From Acidobacteriota bacterium (lineage in GTDB: Bacteria > Acidobacteriota > UBA6911 > RPQK01 > JADFOI01): a stretch of DNA of 64,000 bases. The stretch's first letter is position 1. Each line of letters begins with the position of its first letter. The stretch is from assembly GCA_963663035.1 (NCBI GenBank), contig OY760074.1, forward strand, positions 1 through 64,000, in the 5' to 3' direction. The notes beneath the pieces were generated by a model. The model had not been told where the DNA came from, ran no database searches, and saw only the letters and a list, made by a program, of their open reading frames with translations. Shown one piece after another: positions 29,388 through 39,111 of the stretch. The translations under genes were made by a program, and so were the position numbers.

Positions 29388-29397
29388 ATTATATAAT
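29388..29397. promoter_or_regulatory. Overlapping bidirectional -10 hexamers
   Basis: ATTATATAAT contains TATAAT on both strands within a 30-bp divergent spacer. Confidence 0.55.
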
Positions 29398-29405
29398 TGC
29401 GGACC

Positions 29406-30137
29406 GTGAAAATAGAAGAGATTGGATTGGTGGGATTAGGGCGCTTTGGCAGAATGGTTTATGACTATTTGCGCCGCGACAAGAAAGTTCTGGCGTACGA
29501 CCTTGACGCGCAGAAACTCCAGGGTGTTTCCGAAGCGGCAACTTTCGAAGAGGTGCTTTCCGCGCCTTTGATTGTCCTTTGCGTACCCATTTCAGCCGTA
29601 GAGAAAACTTGCCAGGAAATGGCTTCGTTTTTGGGAGAGGGACAAATAGTAGTGGACACCTGCAGTGTCAAAAAGCGTCCCCTTGAGTGGATGTTGGCTC
29701 ATCTTCCGGAATCGGTCCAAGTCCTGGGCACCCATCCACTCTTTGGGCCAGACAGCGGCAAGCAGGGCATTGCCGGGCTGAAAATCGCGTTGAGCCCGGT
29801 TAGAATCGAGCAGGAGACCTATGCGGGAATTCGAAACTACCTGGAAGAGCTGCAGTTAGTGATTGTGGAGACAACACCAGAGGAGCATGATAAGCAGATT
29901 GCCCAAAGCCAGGCGCTGTTTCATTTGATTGCGCAGGCGATGAAGCAACTGAGCTGGCCATCACAGGCGATCTCTACGCCGGGACCGGAGGCCTTTTATC
30001 GTTTGGTCAGGACGGTACAACAAGATACCGATCAGCTGTTTCTGGATATGGAACGCGAAAATCCTTACGCGGCAGAGTGTCGCCAGCGATTCGTGCAAGA
30101 GGTGCTAAAGTTGGAGAGAGAACTCTCCAAAGCATAA
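29406..30137 (+). CDS. Prephenate/arogenate dehydrogenase family protein
   Basis: GLGRFG, DTCSVK, THPLFGP and EEHD. Confidence 0.88.
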   Translation: MKIEEIGLVGLGRFGRMVYDYLRRDKKVLAYDLDAQKLQGVSEAATFEEVLSAPLIVLCVPISAVEKTCQEMASFLGEGQIVVDTCSVKKRPLEWMLAHLPESVQVLGTHPLFGPDSGKQGIAGLKIALSPVRIEQETYAGIRNYLEELQLVIVETTPEEHDKQIAQSQALFHLIAQAMKQLSWPSQAISTPGPEAFYRLVRTVQQDTDQLFLDMERENPYAAECRQRFVQEVLKLERELSKA

Positions 30138-30144
30138 GAGCCCG

Positions 30145-30853
<709 letters not shown>

Positions 30854-30860
30854 TTAGAAG

Positions 30861-32327
30861 TCAGGGCTCCCCGATCCTCACCACCTTTTCGAAATCCGTA
30901 ATTTTCCAGGTGGCGATTTCCAGGAGAGCGAGCCTGAGAGAATAAGTTCCTGCCGGAGCAAACAACTTATTGCTGTAAATGATCCCCCGTCCCGCCCGGA
31001 GTTCCTTCGCGTCCAAATTGACCCGAAAAAGCTCTCGCAGGTGAACCGCCTCGTTTCCATCTTGATCCAACAGCAGTGCGATAACTCCGAACTGAGTCTG
31101 CACGCCGCCCTTTTCGTTCCTCCGCAATCGAAGGGGATTGATCTTGATGCGAAAGGGAAGCCCGATTTGTCCACCTTGTCGCTGAGGGGACAAAAGGTCC
31201 ATGTCAGCTCCAATTTCGTGAAAATTGGATTGGAGGCTCCTGGGGAGTCTAGCCAGGGCATCACTGTCAAAGAGTGCGGCAATGAACTCCATTTTGGCTG
31301 CCAATCGTTCGGGAAGACTCTCGAATCGAGCCGGAATAGAGGCATTGGGATAGTTGATCTCCACGCGAATGTTGCGATCCGCTTTCTCTCGATAGGGCTC
31401 ATTGGTGTAATAGCCAATCGAATAGAGGTTGCCGAAAACGTCGTCATTGATTTGAGCCATGACCTGGTCAAAATTGAGGATGGTCTCAAACCCGCTAAAA
31501 TGTTCTCCATCTGTCCTGAGCGAAAGAGAAGCGAAGGCTAAGTCCTTTGCCTCTCTTTCATCGCTTGGCTGCGTGGAAGAGGTGTGCGATTGTGAAACAG
31601 GCGAAGTGGGGGCAATATAGAGTTGGGCCGCTGACGGGACCAGAACGGTGTAGATGACAACGTTATTGCTCAGGGCCAGAGAGATGCTCTGGGGAGCCAT
31701 TTTGTAGGCGTCATCCAAGCCGTCAGAAATGATTATGATGACATTGCGGTTTGTTCCGCTGGTCCGGCTCTTAATCCGTAAAATGAGCTTGCTGAGTGAA
31801 TCGTAGATTGCCGTTCGGCCCAGATGCTTGCGGGCCTTGCTTAAGGCCTTCTGCGCGAGGGCTCGATCGGAAGTGAAATTCTGCAAAGGGATCAGCTCAT
31901 GGGTAAAACCAAAAACGCCGACCTCCGTGAAATCATGTACATTTTCCAGAAAAGTTCCCGCTGAGGTGAGCTCTTCTGCCCGAGTCGCGAGGGTGCTTCC
32001 GCTCATATCAATCAAAAAGGCCAGTCTTAGTGGTCCCATCTCGCCGCTTGCGTTGCGGGGAGGTTCAAAAAAGGCAATTTCCTGAGGAACTCCGTCCTCC
32101 CAGACTCGAAAGTGGTTTCTGTTCAAGTTGTTGATGAGTTGTCCCTGGGCCTCTCTCACCGTGAATTTCAAGGTGGCCAGGTTCACATCCACGCGAATGT
32201 TCTGTTCCGAGATTTGGCTGGATGATTGAGCTGGTATGGAGGAGGTGATACAGGAAAAAGTCAGCACCCAGAAGGTCAAGGCCCGAAGATCGAAGGCCAC
32301 ACGAATGATTTGCCTCAATCCTGTCAT
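30861..32327 (-). CDS. Secreted VWA-domain protein (Acidobacteria-type)
   Basis: IRVDVNL, F.V.EDGVPQ.I, MIDAS DMSGS, TAIYD, ISDG.D and YSIGY. Confidence 0.85.
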   Translation of the reverse strand: MTGLRQIIRVAFDLRALTFWVLTFSCITSSIPAQSSSQISEQNIRVDVNLATLKFTVREAQGQLINNLNRNHFRVWEDGVPQEIAFFEPPRNASGEMGPLRLAFLIDMSGSTLATRAEELTSAGTFLENVHDFTEVGVFGFTHELIPLQNFTSDRALAQKALSKARKHLGRTAIYDSLSKLILRIKSRTSGTNRNVIIIISDGLDDAYKMAPQSISLALSNNVVIYTVLVPSAAQLYIAPTSPVSQSHTSSTQPSDEREAKDLAFASLSLRTDGEHFSGFETILNFDQVMAQINDDVFGNLYSIGYYTNEPYREKADRNIRVEINYPNASIPARFESLPERLAAKMEFIAALFDSDALARLPRSLQSNFHEIGADMDLLSPQRQGGQIGLPFRIKINPLRLRRNEKGGVQTQFGVIALLLDQDGNEAVHLRELFRVNLDAKELRAGRGIIYSNKLFAPAGTYSLRLALLEIATWKITDFEKVVRIGEP

Positions 32328-32875
32328 CAGCTGTTGATTCTCACCAGATTCAAAAACTCCATCCGAGATCGCTGATCCTGGCGGAATTTACCCAGCAGGG
32401 CAGAGGTGGTGATTTTGGCGTTCTGCTTTTCGACACCGCGCATCATCATGCACAGATGCTGTGCTTCGATAATCACACCAACTCCCTGAGGATTTGCCTG
32501 TTCGTTGATGGTATTGGCGATCTGTTGAGTGAGCCGCTCCTGGACCTGGAGTCGACGTGCAAACATATCCACAAGCCGAGGGATTTTGCTCAAGCCGATC
32601 ACCTTATTGGAAGGCAGATAGCCCACATGACATTTCCCGAAAAAGGGCAGGAGATGGTGCTCGCACAGGCTGTAGACCTCAATATTTCTGATAACCACCA
32701 TCTCATCATACTGGACATCAAAGAGGGCCCCTTTGAGAATCCCCTTAACATTCTCGTCGTAGCCTTTGGTGAGGTAGCGGAGCGTCTCAACCACGCGAGC
32801 CGGCGTGTCTATGAGGCCTTCACGCTTTGGGTCTTCACCCAGTCCCTTCAAGATGCCCTCAACCAATTCTTTCAA
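32327..32875 (-). CDS. folE: GTP cyclohydrolase I
   Basis: SLCEHH, GLSKIPR, RLQVQE and HLCM.MRG. Confidence 0.96.
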   Translation of the reverse strand: MKELVEGILKGLGEDPKREGLIDTPARVVETLRYLTKGYDENVKGILKGALFDVQYDEMVVIRNIEVYSLCEHHLLPFFGKCHVGYLPSNKVIGLSKIPRLVDMFARRLQVQERLTQQIANTINEQANPQGVGVIIEAQHLCMMMRGVEKQNAKITTSALLGKFRQDQRSRMEFLNLVRINS

Positions 32876-32884
32876 TGCTTTCCC

Positions 32885-33226
32885 TTATCCTGGCGGCCAA
32901 TCGAAGACCCGCCCACCCAACAGATGCAGGTGAATATGAAACACGCTTTGCCCCGCTTCCACGCCGTTGTTAAGCACTACCCGAAAGCCGGAGTCGAGCT
33001 TTTCGTCACTGGCGATTTGACGGGCCATCAAAAGAAGATGACCCAGCAGGTCGCCCTCTTGTTCGGAAGCTTCAGCCAGTGTCGGGATGTGCTTTTTGGG
33101 GATGATGAGAATGTGGGTTGGCGCTTGTGAGTTGATATCCCGAAATGCCACCGCCTGATCGTCTTCTCGAAGAATTTCAGACTTTAATTCTCCCCGAGCA
33201 ATTTTGCAAAAGATGCAATCTGACAC
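32885..33226 (-). CDS. hinT: Histidine-triad nucleotide-binding protein (HinT)
   Basis: DCIFCKI, AGQSVFHIHLHLLGG and WPPG; start trimmed to the GTG after AGGAG. Confidence 0.92.
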   Translation of the reverse strand: MSDCIFCKIARGELKSEILREDDQAVAFRDINSQAPTHILIIPKKHIPTLAEASEQEGDLLGHLLLMARQIASDEKLDSGFRVVLNNGVEAGQSVFHIHLHLLGGRVFDWPPG

Positions 33227-33300
33227 AAGGTTCTCCTTAGTGGGCGCGGCACTCAGTTGAGTATGACGCCCCAACCATATCAAAAAAGCAACAAGGGTTC

Positions 33301-34164
33301 TTATCCCTGCTGAAAGATCGCGCACCGATCCCTGCCTGCCAGGTCTTTTTTTGAGTCGTTTAAGACCCACCCATTCTCTCGAGCCAGGGTCGAGACACTT
33401 TCCCTCCCATCGCAGCCCAGTTCAACAACCAATTTCCCCTGGGGTCGCAGAACGCTTTGGGCTTCGCAAAAGAGTTGCCGGTAGACCTCCTGGCCTGATT
33501 CTCCGGCAAAGACAGCTTCACTTGGCTCATATTTGTCTACCGAGATGTCGACGCTTTCTTTCTCTAGGTGGCTAACATAAGGGGGATTGGAGACAATGAG
33601 GTGATAATAACAATCATGACCTTTTAAGGGCTCCAGTGTCTGGCCTGCTCGGAACTCAATTCGGTCAAGGCAGTGGTGCTTTTCAGCATTGCGACGGGCG
33701 ACTCGTAAGGCTCCGTCAGAGATATCTGTGGCCGTAACGACGACGCGAGGTTCCTCACATGCAAGTGTTATGGCAATGCAGCCAGACCCGGTTCCGATAT
33801 CAGCTGCAAACAGTTCTTGGTCCTCGCTTTTCCGCAAAAGAGCCAAAGCGGTCTCCAGTACCAGCTCTGTTTCGGGTCGGGGGATGAACACTCCAGGGCG
33901 GACCCGGAATTGGCGGCCATAGAACTCTTGCGCTCCGCGAAGATATTGCAGTGGATAGTGCTCTCCGCGTTTGGCCAGCCATTGGTGAAACAGTTGCTTC
34001 TGCGAGGGAGAAAGCGGCCGTTCTGGATAGGTGTACAGGAAAGTACGATCCTGCTGAAGAATAGAGGCAACCAGAAGTTCTGCGTCTTGGCGAGGGGCTC
34101 GGAGGTGACGTTCGCCAAGATATTCGGCGGCAGATTGGATCGCCTCTTTAACTGTCACTGCCAA
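33301..34164 (-). CDS. prmC: Release factor glutamine methyltransferase
   Basis: IPRPETE, DIGTGSG and SNPPY; downstream of prfA. Confidence 0.96.
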   Translation of the reverse strand: MAVTVKEAIQSAAEYLGERHLRAPRQDAELLVASILQQDRTFLYTYPERPLSPSQKQLFHQWLAKRGEHYPLQYLRGAQEFYGRQFRVRPGVFIPRPETELVLETALALLRKSEDQELFAADIGTGSGCIAITLACEEPRVVVTATDISDGALRVARRNAEKHHCLDRIEFRAGQTLEPLKGHDCYYHLIVSNPPYVSHLEKESVDISVDKYEPSEAVFAGESGQEVYRQLFCEAQSVLRPQGKLVVELGCDGRESVSTLARENGWVLNDSKKDLAGRDRCAIFQQG

Positions 34165-34185
34165 GCGCTCCCATATTCCCTGCTG

Positions 34186-35259
34186 CTAGGCGATCGTTTG
34201 GTTTTTTAAGGCCTCTGCCCGCTCAGTGGTGATTAAGGCGTCAACGATAGTGTCAAGGTCGCCTTCCATAATCGTATTGAGCTGGTGCAAGCTCAGACCA
34301 AGACGATGGTCAGTTACCCGATTTTGTGGGAAGTTGTAAGTTCGGATTTTCTCGCTGCGGTCTCCGCTTCCAACCATGGCTCGCCGCTTCTGGGCAATGT
34401 CGTTTTGCTGTTCCTGTAGTGCCTTTTCGTAAAGGCGGGAGCGGAGAACTTTCATTGCCTTGCCTCTGTTCTTGATCTGAGATTTTTCATCCTGACAAGT
34501 CACCACTTCCCCGCTTGGGATGTGGGTAATACGAACTGCAGAGTAAGTAGTATTGACAGATTGACCACCTGGTCCCGAGGAGCAGTAAGTATCGATTCTC
34601 AGTTCCTTCGGATCGATGTGGATGTCCACCTCGTCGACCTCCGGCAGCACCGCCACAGTAACTGCAGAGGTGTGCAGCCGCCCCTGTGTTTCGGTTTCGG
34701 GAACCCGCTGCACGCGGTGAACACCGCTTTCGTACTTGAACCGGCTGTAGACATTTCCCCCTTGGATCATCGCAATAATCTCTTTGACTCCGTCTACCGA
34801 TGAGTGGTGAACCGAGAGCACTTCGACTTTCCAGCCATGGCCTTCGGCGAATTTGGAATACATCCGAAATATAGCCTGCGCGAAAAGAGTGGCCTCGTCT
34901 CCCCCAGTGCCGGCACGGATTTCCAGGATGGCGTTTTTGGCATCATTGGGATCCTTGGGAACGAGAAGAAGTTTGAGGTCCTCTTCACAACGAGCCTTCT
35001 TCTCTTCCAGCTGCTGAAACTCCTCACGGGCCATCTCAAGCAGCTCCTCCTCCTGTTCCTCTTCCAGGAGTCTTTTCGTGCCAGCGATCTCTTGCGAGAT
35101 CACCTTGTACTCTCGGAATTTTTCGATAATCTCCTTCAGTTCTGCATGGGCTTGCGCGGTCTGACGATACTTTTCCGGAACCGCAATCAACTCCGCATCT
35201 CCCAGCTTGAGTGAGAGTGCTTCGTATTTTTCTTCCAATGCTTGAAGTTTCTGGAACAT
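34186..35259 (-). CDS. prfA: Peptide chain release factor 1
   Basis: PET anticodon motif, GGQ, and RSEKIRTYN. Confidence 0.97.
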   Translation of the reverse strand: MFQKLQALEEKYEALSLKLGDAELIAVPEKYRQTAQAHAELKEIIEKFREYKVISQEIAGTKRLLEEEQEEELLEMAREEFQQLEEKKARCEEDLKLLLVPKDPNDAKNAILEIRAGTGGDEATLFAQAIFRMYSKFAEGHGWKVEVLSVHHSSVDGVKEIIAMIQGGNVYSRFKYESGVHRVQRVPETETQGRLHTSAVTVAVLPEVDEVDIHIDPKELRIDTYCSSGPGGQSVNTTYSAVRITHIPSGEVVTCQDEKSQIKNRGKAMKVLRSRLYEKALQEQQNDIAQKRRAMVGSGDRSEKIRTYNFPQNRVTDHRLGLSLHQLNTIMEGDLDTIVDALITTERAEALKNQTIA

Positions 35260-35280
35260 GTCGAGAGCAGATTAGCCCGA

Positions 35281-35496
35281 CTAAGTCTTGGGCTTGTTTT
35301 TTTCGTATTTCCTGCGGAACCGCTCGACCCTTCCTGCAGTGTCGATCAGTTTCTGTTTGCCGGTGAAAAACGGATGGCATTCAGAACATATGTCCAGGCG
35401 GATCTCTCCAGTTGTGGTGGAGCGCGTTTCCCACTGATTTCCACAGGCGCAACTGACCTTTACTGCCTGATACTGGGGATGGATACCACTTTTCAT
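35281..35496 (-). CDS. rpmE: 50S ribosomal protein L31 (Zn-binding type)
   Basis: [21 protein letters not shown] and GRVERF. Confidence 0.97.
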   Translation of the reverse strand: MKSGIHPQYQAVKVSCACGNQWETRSTTTGEIRLDICSECHPFFTGKQKLIDTAGRVERFRRKYEKNKPKT

Positions 35497-35685
35497 ATCA
35501 TAGCCTCCCTAATCCGAAGCACCACTGAGTACTGTTGTAGGTTCTTGTAGCTGGGCACGCTGCGCAGCATCCGAAAGCTCACCTTGTCTAGGAGTGGCAC
35601 CGTGAGGAAAGCAGTGTATCAAAAGCGACCACCGTAGTCGACTTGCCCTAACAGCACGATCCTTTGGTCTCATCGGTCTTGTAGC

Positions 35686-35715
35686 TTGACAACATTCCCG
35701 TTAGCGGGGTATAAC
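35686..35715 (+). promoter_or_regulatory. Sigma70-type promoter of the rpsA operon
   Basis: TTGACA-18 bp-TATAAC. Confidence 0.65.
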
Positions 35716-35735
35716 TTGCAACTCAAATTTCTATC

Positions 35736-35890
35736 GGTGAGGGGATGCTAAACGTTGTCTGATCCAGCACTCAGCAAAGGCGGTGAAAAGACGTCGTGCG
35801 TCCCGTCCTTCCAACTGGCCAATTGGTTGACAAACTCTGAATCTGTGGAGCCTTGGGTGGCAGGCTGCTGCATTGAGACAGCATCTCACC
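35736..35890 (+). ncRNA. Candidate structured rpsA 5' leader
   Basis: Nested complementary blocks GGTGA/TCACC, GATGC/GCATC, TGTCT/AGACA, CAGC/GCTG, AGC/GCT and AAGGC/GCCTT. Confidence 0.45.
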
Positions 35891-35912
35891 AGGGCTGCTT
35901 GAGGAAATCTGA

Positions 35913-37748
35913 ATGTCTGTAGAGGAGGAAAAGTTGGAGGAGGTACAAGACGCCGCTGAGGAGGAACCTCGCCCGAAAGAGGAGGAGGAACCTCGCCCAA
36001 AAGAGACTGTAGCCAAACCCCCTGTGATTGAGAGCCCAGAGGACCTCAACCACGAGGAGATGCTGGAGGCTTACAACGAAAGCTTCAAGGGCCTCGTTGA
36101 GGGGGCAGTTGTGCCGGGAACGGTACTGAAGATTTCTGAATCACACGTGGTTGTGGATGTCGGATTCAAATCGGAAGGGCGGATCGCTTTGAGCGAGTTC
36201 CGTGACGAAGAGGGCAAACTGGAAGTGGAGCCGGGAGACAAGGTGGATGTGCTTCTGGAGCGCACAGAAGATAGGCATGGTTATGTTGTCGTGTCTCGCC
36301 AGAAGGCAGAACGAATGAAGATCTGGGATGCACTGGATAAGAACTATCAGGATCAGTCAATCATCACAGGCCGCGTTATCGAGCGGGTCAAAGGTGGATT
36401 GGCCGTAGATGTTGGCGTGAGGGCGTTTTTGCCTGGCTCGCAGGTGGATGTCCAGCCGACCAGGAATTTAGATAGCTGGTGTGGCCGGGAGCTGCGGATG
36501 CGAGTGATCAAGGTGAATAGACGACGAGGGAACATTGTCCTCTCCCGGAAGGCGGTTTTAGAGGAAGAAAATTTTAAATTGAAGGAAACAACCCTCAGAG
36601 ATCTGGAGCAGGGAAAAGTTGTCGCCGGAATAGTCAAGAACATCACCGACTACGGAGCATTTGTGGATCTGGGTGGCATTGACGGACTGCTGCATATCAC
36701 GGATATGTCCTGGGGACGGGTCAATCATCCTGCTGATTTATTCAAGGTTGCAGATGAGATTCAGGTCAAGATCCTGAAGTTCGAACGCCTCGAAGAGAAA
36801 GTTTCCCTGGGATACAAGCAGCTGACCGAGGATCCCTGGCTGACTGCGATGGAGCGCTACGTGAAAGACTCCCGCGTGAAGGCGAAAGTGGTGAGCTTGA
36901 CGGATTACGGAGCATTTGTAGAGCTTGAGGAAGGTATCGAGGGATTAATTCATATCTCTGAGATGACCTGGAACCGGCGCATCAAACATCCGTCCAAGCT
37001 TTTGTCCGTTGGAGATGAGGTAGAGTCGGTGGTTCTAGACATCGATGCCACAGCCCGTCGAATCTCCTTGGGCATGAAACAGACCGAGCCCAACCCTTGG
37101 GACACAATCGAAGAAAAGTACGCCATCAACTCAATCGTTACAGGTCAGGTTCGGAACTTGACCGACTTTGGAGCCTTTATCGAGGTGGAGGAGGGAATTG
37201 AGGGATTGGTACATATTTCGGATCTCAGTTGGACCAAGAAAATACAACACCCCTCGGAAGTGGTGCAGAAGGGTGACGAGGTCGATGCTGTGGTCCTCAA
37301 CGTTGATGCGGAAAACCAGCGGTTGTCTCTCGGGATCAAGCAGCTTGAACCCGACAAGTGGGAGGAGTTTTTCTCTCAACATCAGATTGGGGATGTGGCC
37401 CATGGAAAGATCGTCCGGTTGACTAGCTTTGGGGTTTTCGTGGAGCTGAGCGAGGGGATTGAGGGGCTTTGCCACGTATCGGAGCTTGCTGATAGCCACA
37501 TCGACAATCCGGAGGATCACTTTGAAGTCGGCCAGGAGCTGGATGTGAAGATCATCAAATTGACCCTGTTGGAACGCAGGATTGGCCTGTCTGTGAAAGC
37601 GCTGACAGATGATGCTGAAGGGGAGGAGGGCTGGGCCTATAAGCCCGACGTAGCCACCGCCTCCATTGGGGATATCGCGGGGGATGAGTTGGGTCAATTG
37701 AAGACGAAGGTCGAGGAGGCAACGGAGGACGGCAATGACGAAAGCTGA
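35913..37748 (+). CDS. rpsA: 30S ribosomal protein S1
   Basis: Six S1 repeats (DYGAFV.LGG.DGLLHI...) and an acidic N-terminal extension. Confidence 0.97.
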   Translation: MSVEEEKLEEVQDAAEEEPRPKEEEEPRPKETVAKPPVIESPEDLNHEEMLEAYNESFKGLVEGAVVPGTVLKISESHVVVDVGFKSEGRIALSEFRDEEGKLEVEPGDKVDVLLERTEDRHGYVVVSRQKAERMKIWDALDKNYQDQSIITGRVIERVKGGLAVDVGVRAFLPGSQVDVQPTRNLDSWCGRELRMRVIKVNRRRGNIVLSRKAVLEEENFKLKETTLRDLEQGKVVAGIVKNITDYGAFVDLGGIDGLLHITDMSWGRVNHPADLFKVADEIQVKILKFERLEEKVSLGYKQLTEDPWLTAMERYVKDSRVKAKVVSLTDYGAFVELEEGIEGLIHISEMTWNRRIKHPSKLLSVGDEVESVVLDIDATARRISLGMKQTEPNPWDTIEEKYAINSIVTGQVRNLTDFGAFIEVEEGIEGLVHISDLSWTKKIQHPSEVVQKGDEVDAVVLNVDAENQRLSLGIKQLEPDKWEEFFSQHQIGDVAHGKIVRLTSFGVFVELSEGIEGLCHVSELADSHIDNPEDHFEVGQELDVKIIKLTLLERRIGLSVKALTDDAEGEEGWAYKPDVATASIGDIAGDELGQLKTKVEEATEDGNDES

Positions 37749-38010
37749 CCTGATCGATGAAGTCGCCAAGAATTCAGTTTTGAGCAAGAAAGATGCAGAA
37801 GCAATCGTTCAGGCGGTCCTAGATAGCATCGTCGAGTCCCTGAAGGGCGGAGGAAAAGTCGAACTCCGGGGCTTTGGGAGTTTTCGGCTTCGGGAAAGGT
37901 CCTCTAGAGAGGGCCGTAACCCGAAGACTGGCGAGAAGGTTTTCGTCCCTGCCAAGAAAGTGCCCTACTTTAAACCGGGTAAGGACTTGCGAGAATTGAT
38001 CAACTCGTAG
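37735..38010 (+). CDS. ihfB: Integration host factor beta / HU-family protein
   Basis: MTKADL, ELRGFGSF and GRNPKTG; rpsA-ihfB synteny. Confidence 0.88.
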   Translation: MTKADLIDEVAKNSVLSKKDAEAIVQAVLDSIVESLKGGGKVELRGFGSFRLRERSSREGRNPKTGEKVFVPAKKVPYFKPGKDLRELINS

Positions 38011-38493
38011 ATGGATCACCTCTGGACTCCCTGGCGTTTCCACTACATCTCTTCGAGCCGCCGGAAAACGGCCTGCATTTTTTGCCGACTTGCTTCCCAG
38101 ACCGAGAATCGGGAAAGCTTCATTCTGCTTTCTCAAGAGCACACCTTCCTTTGCCTGAATACCTTTCCCTATACAACAGGCCATTTGCTGATCGTCAGCC
38201 GCAGGCATGTTGCCACACTCGTGGATCTTTCCCCGGCCGAGCTGAATGAGATGATAGCGCTGGCCCGCGAGTGCGAGCGCGTTTTACAAGAGGTGTATCA
38301 GCCCGATGGCTTCAACGTTGGATTCAATCTCGGGAAAAGTGCTGGAGCCGGGGTAGCGGGTCACGTGCATCTTCATGTTGTTCCGCGCTGGGAAGGAGAT
38401 GCCAACTTTGTTTCGGTGATCGGGCAGACACGAGTCGTCCCCGAGGACCTGGAAGCCACTTTCGACAAACTCGCCCCTCACTTTTCTTCTTAG
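38011..38493 (+). CDS. HIT-domain protein (Ap4A phosphorylase/FHIT-like)
   Basis: LWTPWR, CIFC, N.FPY..GH and AGAG..GHVHLHVVPRW.GD. Confidence 0.92.
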   Translation: MDHLWTPWRFHYISSSRRKTACIFCRLASQTENRESFILLSQEHTFLCLNTFPYTTGHLLIVSRRHVATLVDLSPAELNEMIALARECERVLQEVYQPDGFNVGFNLGKSAGAGVAGHVHLHVVPRWEGDANFVSVIGQTRVVPEDLEATFDKLAPHFSS

Positions 38494-38494
38494 C

Positions 38495-38615
38495 GCGGGT
38501 GTCCAGGAAGGCCAAGCTCTTCGTTCTCCGCGCCCTTAGATCCTCGACGTAGGCTTACTACGCCTGCGGTCGAAGTCCTTGTGCGGCCTCGATCTTGACC
38601 TGCCTGAACACCCGC
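38495..38615. mobile_element. MITE family B, copy 1 (121 bp)
   Basis: Imperfect TIR GCGGGTGTCCAGGAAGGCCAAG / CTTGACCTGCCTGAACACCCGC; homologous to 44395..44515 (inverted) and 48277..48399. Confidence 0.85.
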
Positions 38616-38936
38616 AACCAGAACCCCGGAATGAAGCCTTCAAGTAAAACTTGTCTCATCTGTAAAGACGTTGCCCCAACAAGGCATCAGAGTGAGGTGT
38701 GACAAACACCCAAAACGGTAAAAATATCAAAAGGCACATGGGGGAAAATGATGACTTTTGTCCCCCAGGAGAGGATCTTCTCTGCAAGTTGGCTTGGCGA
38801 AAGGAAATATGCTGAACCTTCACAACTTCTCAAGGAGATTCTAAAGAAAAAAACTTCAACATTCGAGGAAAGGCTCTATAGGCAAGGAGGAGGCGAGGTG
38901 AGGGATTTTTATTTCCGTCTTTTGCCAAGAAAGTCA

Positions 38937-39039
38937 TTGAAGGCCATTCTACCTCGTGGTAACTTCATACCTTCCTGGGCACACTCTCACCGAGGGGAAC
39001 TGAGGGGTTTTCCACACCTGTGGAAATTGTTGTGGAAAT
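38937..39039 (+). promoter_or_regulatory. dnaA promoter and three DnaA-box-like sites
   Basis: TTGAAG-17-TAACTT; TTTTCCACA at 39008..39016, and TGTGGAAAT at 39019..39027 and 39031..39039. Confidence 0.65.
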
Positions 39040-39111
39040 CGGCGGGGCTCCAATTCAGCGTCAAAAGGACCCGATTCATACCGAGTTTGCATTGGGTTTG
39101 CGAGTAAGGGG

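Noticed and set aside
35958-36003. 24-bp tandem duplication (EEEPRPK twice) in the S1 N-terminus
   Set aside because: Low-complexity slippage in a probably disordered extension.
38748-39107. 119-aa ORF upstream of dnaA
   Set aside because: No recognisable domain; it overlaps the dnaA promoter and DnaA boxes.
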